Assembly (NCBI GenBank): GCA_040954595.2
Contig: CM082595.2
Span: 4,077,943 to 4,141,942 of the forward strand
From: Balanoglossus misakiensis
Taxonomy: Eukaryota > Animalia > Hemichordata
Direction: 5' to 3'
Length of the DNA: 64,000 bases
Position numbers and translations under genes: made by a program. Of this stretch, positions 13,622 to 24,429 are shown in pieces. The notes below the pieces were generated by a model. The model was not told the origin of the DNA and made no database searches. It saw only the letters and a list, made by a program, of their open reading frames with translations. How positions within the stretch are numbered: the stretch's first letter is position 1; every line of letters begins with the position of its first letter.

Positions 13622-15472
13622 CTAATATTTATGCATAATATTAAACATGCTAGTCGGAACGCACAGATCCTTCAGATAGACGAGAGGCTTTATGCGGACT
13701 TCTCTGACGCGCTGGAGAGATTTTTGGATGTCTTCTTCTGGGATGTGGCTTATCATGTTATTCTCCGGCAGGAAGAAATTGGGCACGTTGCCTCGCTCCA
13801 GAAAATGTATCAACAGATCGAAGAAGCCCATGAATAGATCCCCGTTGTTGGTGTCTTGCCACTGATCGGCCGGAGTGTGTTCGCACACCCAAAACATTGT
13901 TGTCTTCATGTGGTAAGATGACAGCGTTTGAGGCTCCTGAAAGAGATTTTTGCACATTGAAATTAAAATACTCAGTGAACAGGATACCAAGTAGTCACAA
14001 TAACACTTTTCCAGGATATAAGATGCTATAAAATGTTCATGTACGACACTTACCTTGAGATGGATTCGCCAAATCTTCTTCATCAAAAGGTAGAACGTCC
14101 GCTGAGCTTCTGTGAAGGTGTTAGCTAGAGTCCTTTCAGCCAGAGAAAATGACAATCGCCATTGTAAACATTCGTCCCCCTCTACACCTGGGTACGACTT
14201 TGGGACGACATGGCAGCCAGCTGTGGTTATAGCACGAACGACGTCGCTGGTTGGCCAGTGGCGATCACGTGTTACCCAATGCGCGGCGATGGACGGCCAT
14301 TCATTGCAGGCCAGTGCCAACGCACCATCTGCCGTCTGTTCAAACTCGGCCGTGGTGGCGCCTGCTCCAACTGCAAGTGTAAAAAAGAAATTGATAGAGA
14401 TGTCAACGTTTAGTCTCGAACCTCTCTGAGCAGTTCAGAACTATGTGAATTCGAGTTGTATTTGCTCGCATCCCAAGTAATATTGACAGGACGATACCTT
14501 GTTCCGATGTTGCAGTGTAGTGCACACTTAGTGTTTGGACAGGACCCTGCTGCACCAGTTCCACTCTGCCGCGGAAGCCCCCGTGTTTTTCGTAGTTGCT
14601 GTCGATTTCTGCTTGGACGGCAGGAAGTCGCGAGCGGACGTACACTTCTTGGATTTTCAGTAGCTTGGACCTGGACAGATAGAGACGGGCGGGCCCACTT
14701 CCTTCGCCAGATGGGACGGCTACGCACAGTTCTTTTATGAATTCTTTGGAGTAGGCCTGTTTCTTGTCTGGCCGTACTTGTACGCGCACGTAGCCCGGGT
14801 GGGGAGTGCTTATCCACTGAAGTGGGGGAACGTCTCTGGACGGTTCAGATAGTCCTACCTCTTCAAGCTCGCTGATCAGTGATTCCAAACCCTCTACCGT
14901 CTGTTCACCACCATCTCTCGTTGGATCCTTGCTCTCCCCACGGAAACCACTCACATCCGTACCCTCTTCACCAACGGAACTCTCATCAGAGGTCACCGGA
15001 GCTTCGGATACCATGGATACGGGTATCATCAAATCCATCTCGTCATTCAGATATCGTTCAGTTTGTGCGCTGTGATCCGTGATGGCAAAGCCCTCGCTGG
15101 TGCTACCAGTCCACACGTACTCGTCCACATTGGCCAGGTTATTGAAGCACGGCTTCAGGACATACTGAAAGATGTCTGCCAGTCGACCACTTAACGTATA
15201 CGGCTCTCTTTTAGCAAAGTTGCTACGCTCGAATAAAGGCAGTGTTTTGCCGTGCATGGTGACGCAAGTATTTATGATAAACGCGGGCTCTTTCGACACG
15301 GGATCTATTCTCATCTGAGGGTTGCTTAACCACTGAAAGTAACCAAGTTGCTCGTCGACCAGGAAGAGAAAGTCTGCCTCATTTGCATACCCCTGAGTGT
15401 AACGCTTCTTAATTTCAATCGATGGCTCCATCTGGTCAGAAATCTCAGCTTGATGCTGGAGAGCTTGTTTGC
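13622..15472 (-). CDS. cGAS-like receptor / Mab-21 NTase domain (last three exons of the gene above)
   Basis: Family motifs in order: WTGSTSEG, NDEMDLMIP, HPGYVRV, QGP, ADGALAL.C.EWPSIA..W..R.R.WP, GCHVVPK, WRLSFSLAERTL, LSSYHMKTTMFWVCE, VPNFFLPENNM. Confidence 0.92.
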
Positions 15473-18400
15473 CTGAGAAGACCATAAGTGCAAAAGGTCA
15501 ACAGAGCAGATCTGAAGCAAACAACTTCGTGAAGTCTTATGACGTCAACACAGTGTATTCTTTTGGATTTGTGAAGGTCAGTTTTCTGTTTCTTAAAATG
15601 CGTCGGCTAGGAAACCACGAGAATCCAGTTAACTATCAGGTACCATTATTTACGTATCCTAAGTTAGTATCAATATATCGATGGCCAACTTCACACCGTT
15701 TATGAACTTTATCGGACATGTGCAACTAATTTATCAGAAAGAATACTCTAATCCACCTACCAACATCACCTGATCGCAGAAACTTTGTATCATCGTGATA
15801 TTTTGATTCGTCGATAAAATCTCGTCCAAATGGTTTTCTGAGTCTCGTGAATTGCTCTGTACCCTTCACTCCTGTCGTAAACTTGAAACTTTCTAGAAAT
15901 ATAAAAGATCAGTTCCTTATATATGTATAAAGCATATTCGAAAGAAACAGCACAAAATTATGTTCATTATGACTTTCCATTGCAACAAAGCAACTGCTCA
16001 AGTCGTCGTTGTGCGTAAAGCCATAATTTAATCTTTTTGTGCTTCCCTCGTTTTGCCTCTTATGAATACGGGTGATGTAAATTTGCATGTACGACGGACC
16101 ATAACAGCATTGTCACATTATGCACGCCATGCGGTCATAAGTGAGTCGCACAACATGGAGTGCAATAAACCGATATCAAAGCAATTAGGTCGGCACCTTA
16201 GAAATCATCTCTATAGGAACTGACACACAGGGGATATATTACCAATGGGTTCCAAGAAGTCTGCTCCTTCGTCGGATGTAATATTCTGCGGAAGCTCGAT
16301 GTGTGAAGGCTCATCGACGATAGATACTTGTATACATTTACCAGTAACAGCAACCAATGGATATACATCTGTGGAAAGAAGAGATTGTACGTGGTCAATG
16401 TTTCAATTGTCATGTTTACAACCCACACGGCACTGCAATAAATTATAAAACCAAGATTAACGTATTACCTTCCGGAATGTTCCGAAATGCTATCCCTTTG
16501 GATACACCATTATAGTAATAATGGAGGGTCTTGTCTCCGAGTCGAACAATACCAATACGATCACCCTCCTTGATTTTATCCAAATCAAGATCGTACTGAC
16601 CTCCAGTGAATTTGAAATCTTTGAAAAACTCAGATTTCCTACAAAACAAAGAAAATTTTCTGTAATCATTCAGAAGCATTGCCTTAACATGAAATCAGGT
16701 ATTCACAGTTTTTCCTTTCCTTTAAAATCTGGACAACGTGTGAACCATGTTCCCATTTATGAGTGTGTTAATTATATTTATCTGGCAAAATGTTATATTG
16801 TTAACGTACCTCAGAAACCAAAATCCAGCACCTTCCCCATAGCCTTGACCGTAGTATACTACATCATCAGGGAACTCTTTGTAGACAGTGACACCTAGTC
16901 AGAGTTTAAAGAAATACAATGTGTGCTATATGTGGATGTAGTCATACCAAAGACGTTTTAGTGACACCAATCAATATTCAGTAAGATTTAAAGTAAAGAA
17001 ATAAGTCAGTCATTTTATTGGGTCTATGTAAGCAGTAGGTCAGCCAGCCAGTCAGTCAGTTCGCTGTTAAGTAAGTTTATGTAGTTAGTTAGTTAGTTAG
17101 CCAGCTGGACAGTTGAAAGTTATTGACTTGTATTTTGGTTGGTTGGTTTGTTGGTCAAGTGGATGGCTGGATAGTTTTCAATCACTTCCTTACATACCAA
17201 ATTCTAGCGACTCTCTCAACCTCTCAGTCTCCATTTTGTCAATCTGTATTTCGAAAAGTTGATTTGTTGGGAGAGGTTTGTCGGTGATGAAGACTGCTTT
17301 GTCGTCAGCCCAAACGCTCTCCCAATCTTTTCTGTACGCCACACGTCCGTCATTCTTGACCCCGGCACGTTTGCCTGCTGGATTAAACCGCATTCCTAGG
17401 TACCCCGTGTCTTCCTGTTAAACATAATCATCAACAACATTTACAACATTTAAGCCTACGTCAAGAAGCTTCATCATTTGAAGAGTTCTCTAGCTGTTGT
17501 TAAATTCTAAGCCTTGTAATCTGCAGTGGTGAAATTGAATTTTGTATGTATCACGTATCCAAATGCATCTGCGAGATGTACTACTGTAAATAGACAGCAC
17601 TTGGTAAGTATGTACAAGTGGCTTCTTTTCGTGATGTTAGCGAAGATCTACTTACGGGCTTAGACGTGACTTCCGCAGCACTGCTAGACGATTCTGAGCT
17701 TTCAATCTTCGGAGGCCATTGAAGTTTAGGTTTCTCAGCGTCGGAGCTTTCCTGAGTAATTCCAAAGTATCCGGCATTCACATTTGTCACTGCTTTCAGC
17801 TTTTAATATGATAGAGAGAGAAAGAGAGAGAGAGAGAGAGGAACATCATTACAAAAGGCACTGCTAAATACGTTGCATTGACATGGCATGGCTAGCGTAA
17901 TTATTATGACTGCTAATTGCCTTGTGAAAGCACAGTACGAATTATGTCATCATAAACTTTAAAGATAAATAAATAACTACCTTTTCCTTCAGGTTGTCAA
18001 AATGCTGCTGACATATATTCACTAAGAACTTCACGAGCCCAGCCAGCATAACCCGCGGCAGATGCGAATACGAGACTTGCGTCTGTGCAGTTCATAAGGA
18101 GGGTGTTCAAAGCTCCTAAGCCTTCCCATCGTTCCTTGTCCATATACGCATCGTCTTCTCCGTTACCATAGAAATCACGGGCTCGATTCATCAGGACGTC
18201 TGGAGACAATCATAAATTTTAATCCTGTAATATTACGAATCTCGCCAAATTTCACAATTGATCTAAATGAATTTGTTTTCACGTATGGCGAATCTGTCTG
18301 TCTGTCATCTATCAGCTAAGTTCTATAGCACGTTGTCACTTAGATCATGCGACGAGTATAATTTGTGCTACTAATATTAGCAGCATACCTGCGTTGCGTT

Positions 18401-20561
18401 AAATGCCATAACACAGAAATACTAACCCAGGCCACCGTCTGTGTCCACTATTCGTTCAGCAACAGCGGCCCTGTCTTTTCTCCTGGTGTCGCAAAGTGCC
18501 TTAGAAACAGCCGATATGACTTCTTTGGCCTCGTCTGGTTTCATGTCTGCGAGACTAGAAACTAGACTCGAGACAAACATGCAGGTTTCTGCCACGCTCT
18601 GGTCACCACCGGCTGCAAGTGTGTCAGATGTAAAGAGTATATACAAGGAGACTTTTACAGTGGAGACGATGGGTATATAGCTATTGTTTATAATTTTGCT
18701 GTGTGCATGTGTTTCATACACATGGAATCATTATCGATACGAATTTCACGATGCATATAATGAGGTCAACTAGATTGTAAGTCCGTCATTTGATTCACTG
18801 AGAGAGCTCTTTAAGCGACGAATTTCTGACATGTCATGTGATTGGGTAATATTTTTCTACAACTCACTGCTTCCCGATCGTTCGTCCGAAGCTTTGTTTT
18901 CTTTTGGCGTCTGGTCATCATCTTTGCTGCAGAGATCGAATTTATTCAGAAGTCGACGAACAGCATCATGGTCCGGTCCTTCGCATCGCTCCAACACGTC
19001 AAACAAGACAGGCACTGCATGCGTCATTACCTTTAGCATGTGACAATACAGAGATAACGTTTGTCCAAGTTATGAACAACCACGAAGTTATCAAGTTATT
19101 GTGCTGTGTCTATCGCAAATTGTCTTGCATATCCAAGGAAAATACAACATTATTATCTTATGAAGAACGCCTCATGTCTGCCGCCTTATCATTAATACAA
19201 CAAAACTGTAGAACAACGTGCAATGAATGTTCTTGATTCGACTCACATTGTCTCTGTTCTGTGGATGAAGCGACAGGTTCTCCAGGGCTTCAGCAAGTTC
19301 TCCTATGGAAAAAGACTGTGGCCCTTCTACTAAGCACTTCTGAAGCCATGTAACAAGTTCCTTTATTACACCTGTCATGCACGATACACGTGATGTGGTT
19401 ATGGTAATGTATTAACTTTTACTTTGTATACAGATATACCACACAAAGTTTCTCAAGCATTTTTAAATAGACACCAAGACATTCGGCTATGCCAGAGACC
19501 TGTCCCAAGGTGTCATCCTGCACACAGACTTCTTGCACCAACGGAAAAATACTTACCGCTTTCATCTTTAATAAGTTCCACTTCTTCGGCAGGGTCGATC
19601 ACATAGCTCAATGTCAGACAAGCCGCCAAACGACGTCCTGGGTCGGCTGACCCCTTGTAAAAATGTAGAAGACGTTTCGTTTCCGGGTTGTCAAAATACA
19701 CGCGGTTAGTCTTCGATTTGACAAGATTGTGCAATATAAACAAACACGTGCCAACCAAGTCCCATCTCCTCTGTCAAAGAAAAAAAAAGAATAACATGGC
19801 TTTCAATCAGAAACCTGTTAACGAAAACGAAATTCATTACTGATTTGTAAGGTTAGACATAGGATGTCAAGTGACTGTATGGGAACCGGACTCCATCATG
19901 CAATGCAAGTACCTTCATTTCCTGTCCGGGCGATCGCGACACCCATTGCGTCACTTCCGCAATAACAGTTGATTCGTCCTCTCGTTTACGGTTAGCATTC
20001 TGGGAACCACGCAGCACATCTGAAATGACAGGATGAAGCGTCATGTGCATAACATACTGGTCTTGGTCTTCTGCTGCAAGTTGAGACGCCCCCTTACACC
20101 GTTCAGGCTTGTATTGTTATTTAGTTAAAATGTAATCTACTGCTGTCGATGTGACCCAGTGAGCATGATAGAAAAACGCAGCAGACCAAAGGTCAAACGA
20201 GGCAACGGGTAACACGTACCAAAGCAAACCGAAAGCTGAATTAAATATTTAATTACTCCAATATATTGAAGGCAAACTTAGAAATTACTAACACACAAAA
20301 AGATATGAAGTAGTTGAAGTGACTGAAGTCTTTTTTTGGTTCTTGAGGACAGATATGTTTAAGCGGAATGATTTTGGTGGAATGCGGAAGTACATGAAAC
20401 CATTGAAACACTCGTTCGTGTACACATTATACAGAAGCATAAAAACTGTTCGGAAAATCGTGCTTTGCCGACACATGACATGTGAATCTGGATTGGTGTC
20501 CTCACAAAACATCATTGAGCTAGAATGGGGTTAGCTTACCTGCTATCTGTACAGCAGCCAT
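13622..20561 (-). CDS. ARM-like repeats + Neuralized (NHR) domain + cGAS-like/Mab-21 nucleotidyltransferase (cGLR); 16 exons, apparent 1-nt frameshift in exon 7
   Basis: Exons 20561-20540, 20073-19913, 19770-19557, 19371-19247, 19030-18868, 18612-18427, 18199-17981, 17799-17656, 17414-17198, 16894-16810, 16638-16469, 16368-16243, 15892-15761, 15472-14498, 14370-14054, 13936-13622; all GT-AG. Summed length is 3571 nt (3n+1). Confidence 0.7.
16243..17414 (-). CDS. Neuralized homology repeat (NHR/NEUZ, SPRY-like) domain exons
   Basis: MRFNPAGKRAGVKNDGRVAYR...AVFITDKPLPTNQLFEIQIDK...SLEFGVT...FWFLR...DLDKIKEGDRIGIVRLGDKTLHYYYNGVSKGIAFRNIPEDVYPLVAVTGKCIQVSIV, spread over four phase-consistent exons. 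Confidence 0.8.
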
Positions 20562-21510
20562 TCTACCAAACGCTTAAAATCTGAATCAAATATTTGACGC
20601 AGCCGAGAGGGCGACTGGAGTGTGATCACCTGACTATATGTTGTCACCTGACTGTGTTGACACAAGTTTGCGCCTCTGACCTATATCACTTCGCCCATAC
20701 ACCGTATTTTAAAATCGGTAGACATCATTACTAAATGTTGTTTATGATGTAGAATTTTCCATACATTTTCACTACGGGGCAATGCTAATATTATCTTAAT
20801 AAATATATTACTTTCCGAGGGCAAGAATATCTCAATAGCGAGGAGAAAAATAACACTTTCGACCAACATTGTACATTATAATAGATAGATATTTATTGAA
20901 GAAATTATTGCATTATTTGTTTACATTTGAGACATAACATTGGCACTATACATACAACGTTTGTTCTGGACTAATGTACAAATTCGTATACTTAAATGAT
21001 ATACGGAGATTGCTATTCTACTGATAGATACATTGCTGATCAGTTCTTTAAATGTCTTATACGTGTGTGACACAACAAACGTTAGATTTTTATGATGTAT
21101 GAAAGCTTTGAACTTTGACCGCAGGAGACATATGACATCATGTGCGGTTTATCTCAAACCATGAAGCAGTATCGTAAATGATATTTGCAGTGTTGTGGCG
21201 TTCCGTTAAAAAAATCACGTGACCGCCAGACTGGGAGGATCATATTCGCTTTAGTGGCATATATTTGATACAAATATTCCGTTTACTTCTGTACTTCTTA
21301 TGAAGGTTGTTTATTATTTCGCGTCTGTCTTGAATGTCATACTACAACTTTGGCAAAAGGTGGTGAAATAATAAGTTTTTTGTTTTGAGAAAGTTTGTGA
21401 GATTGCGTAGATTATTAATTATACCATCGGCTGTTTTCCATTATTGTGCATTTTTCTGTATTCGTTTTGCATTTTTGTCTTTCTTCTGACGATGCTGTCC
21501 CCATTCCCAG

Positions 21511-24429
21511 TTAATTGTCGTTGTTGTCATCTTCTTCAAAATACATAAAGTCCTGCAGTGGGGTGAAGGAAACAAATTGAAGGAAATTAAAACATGGAGG
21601 CAACACATCTATCTTAGACTTGAGCAAAGCATTTCTCATTACTGCATGGTTATGACAACATGAATGACTTACGATTAGAAAAACGGCTCCAAGCATCGTG
21701 GCTTTCATCTTGACGTCCAAATCTAGGGGAACTGTAAAAAAAATCAGGAAAATCAGTGCATGTTATTACTCTTTGTATGCTGGCAAAATATATCTGGCAA
21801 TAATACTTTAATTTAGAATGCCCATATTAACTGCCTAGTCACGCGAGATCTCGTACGCTCTCGTGGAGTTGGGTAAATGGTCTATTGGTACTTACATGTA
21901 ACTCCGAAGTTGTCCGCCTTGGTGAACATTTCTTTCACTAATCCAGACCACTGTTTGCTTACTTTGCCAACTTCAGTAGATAAGTCTTTACTAAACACCT
22001 GTGGTAATATAAGACATAATTCAATAATGAATGTTCCGAGTTAGGTACATATACAGTCATGTATAGTTATCTCAAAAATGCAGGTGTCCCCCAATTTTCC
22101 GAGCAGTTGTCACATACCTTAAATTCCTGATCCGCGGTGCAGCAGATGCCCTGACAAATACAGCACGGACCTCTTATTCTCAGGACTGTCTCTCTGTTGG
22201 CGTCCAAGATATCGTAGTAGGGAGACCAAGAACTTTGTCTAAATAAAAATGAAGAGGGATTTTACAGCAACATGACCAAATTTGCTACGAAAAATACCAA
22301 AATGTTAAACAAGTTCTGTATATAGTTTTGTAGTAATTTTAGTCAACCTGATAGATTCATACCGACGGAAGTACGAGGATGTAAGGTCATGAAGGGGTCA
22401 CGAGAACGGCCTATAGTGCCGGGACTACTTACGCCTGCCGGACGTATCCAACCACGGTGCCCACTGGGGCTTCTACCGCAACTTCCCAGGCACAGCAGTC
22501 GGCATTGGCACACCAGCAACACCCGGCACAACACTTGAATTCACGAGTGACACGGATCACTTCCTGTATGCAGAGAAACACAGTGGCTGCTGTAGTGAAA
22601 ATGGATTACACGCAGATGCAGGCCAGTGTGCTTTTCATGTGTTTCAGATATTGTCGTGTCTTCTATTATGTTCATCAAAAACGATAGATTTCTTGTTCTA
22701 ATCAAGTGTTCAATTTTACTGACAAAGTCTCAGTAAATAGTGTCTTCGATCCCCTTGACCTTTTTACGTGAAATAAGATTTATTAATCGAGAGTAAAATC
22801 GCAATATTTACATCTAATTAATAAATTTGAATAGACACGAAAAGCTGCCTGGCTAATACTTATTAAATTTAAATAATGCATTTTTACGTAATTTAGTCTT
22901 TTAAATCGAAGTGTTATATTCCGGGACAGTGTTCTCTAATGGATAAGAAAATGCACTTTGTTTAAATTAAGTGCACAGTGTTTGCACAGGGTATTACGAC
23001 GGGTTTGTCTTTTGTGTGGTATGACACGTGACGTGAAATGGCTCTACCTGTTGGTTGTTGTCGGTGATATGCATGACGAAGCCTCTTTGGTTTCCGCAGC
23101 ACTGCCGCATACATGTCTCAGACTCTGCAGATACAAATCCACATCAAAGGCTTGTAATTAAAGCGCCAATAGCTGCTACTTTTTTTCATTATTTTCATGA
23201 TTTGTTTTTTAAACATAGAATGGTCCATTTAAGTGCGTTAACAGGCGAGTATACACCAGCACATTATCAAACCCTGATTGTGGTTGTACATGGAAAAATA
23301 AACAAGTTCAACAATAAACAGGTGCCACACTCGTTTATTCAGCCTCCCATTGCAAGAGTTTACAACTATCGTGGTTTCCGCACATTTGTGTTTGAATCTC
23401 CACAAATTGGCTTCCAAGCACTACGCATGGTTCCAATTAACTGTTATTAAATGAAATTAAAGGAAAGATATCTGTCACGAACTTGTACTTGTTCTTGCCA
23501 GAAGAGATTTTCTTACCTTCGAAAGCAAAGTAAACCTGCTGGCCCATACTGTTCTTCACTTGATACTTGTTCTTAGTTTCCCAGTTGGTGATCACTAGAA
23601 ACGGAAAATGATATCAAAGTCAGTACACTCATAGGCTTAGTGTCACTGAAGATATCATTATCCGCCGCGTGGGTCTTCCTATACACGTTCAAAAACTTTG
23701 AAAAATACTTTTGGCTTTATTTTCAGTATTTTTATTCTCTGCACTGACCTTCAAGCAGTTCCACCTGTTGGTGGACCAATAGCTGATCAACCTGAGTGAG
23801 ATATTCCAAACCAGGTGGACAGCCTGTAAACCCCTGGGGCATGGGCATCCATTCCGTCTGTCCCTGTTGGACCGGGGGTGGCTGGGTCACCTGAAATCAA
23901 CAACAATAAATCAACAACAAGTTTGTACCATTTTTATTTTATGGCATTTCAGCCACACATGTACATTAGCATGCATGTGCTTCTCGATCTTACTAAAACA
24001 ACAGTAGGAGGTAATTAGCGACAACTATATTCACTGTGAAAATCCTTTAATATATTAGAGGCGGCTTTTGTCATGTTAATAGCTTTACTATAAAACACAA
24101 TTAACACCCTGCACAGCAAAAGATAAATAGCGAGAGACCCAATCGTTTGTCCCTATTCTTAATTTATTTTATCTGTGAAATTCAATATATTGGTCTTTTT
24201 CTGCCTGCTGTAAAACTGTAATTGCTGGTGTCATAAACTGTATGACAAGTAGAAGAAATTGAGTCGCAGAACAGCAGAGATAACACACACGCACACAAAC
24301 GATAGAAACGCAGCAGACGACAGTAAAATTATACCACTTTTCGCAAAATGTCCTTACCAGAGGTGGTTGTCCGTATTGCGCTGGTGGTGGAGCCACATAG
24401 CCTGGCTGATGAGTTACCGGATCCGCCAT
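21511..24429 (-). CDS. PLSCR: Phospholipid scramblase, paralog 1
   Basis: Nine exons from [11 protein letters not shown] (24429) through [71 protein letters not shown], to [33 protein letters not shown]. Confidence 0.93.

Noticed and set aside
17997-17999. TGA as selenocysteine or readthrough codon
   Set aside because: Reading through in that frame hits another TGA early in the next exon (...ILWNYSGKLRR*); a 1-nt indel explains the data better.
18200-18226. Second frameshift at the start of exon 7
   Set aside because: It disappears if the proximal acceptor (tctccag|AC at 18199) is used, giving GGL-D-VLMNR in frame.
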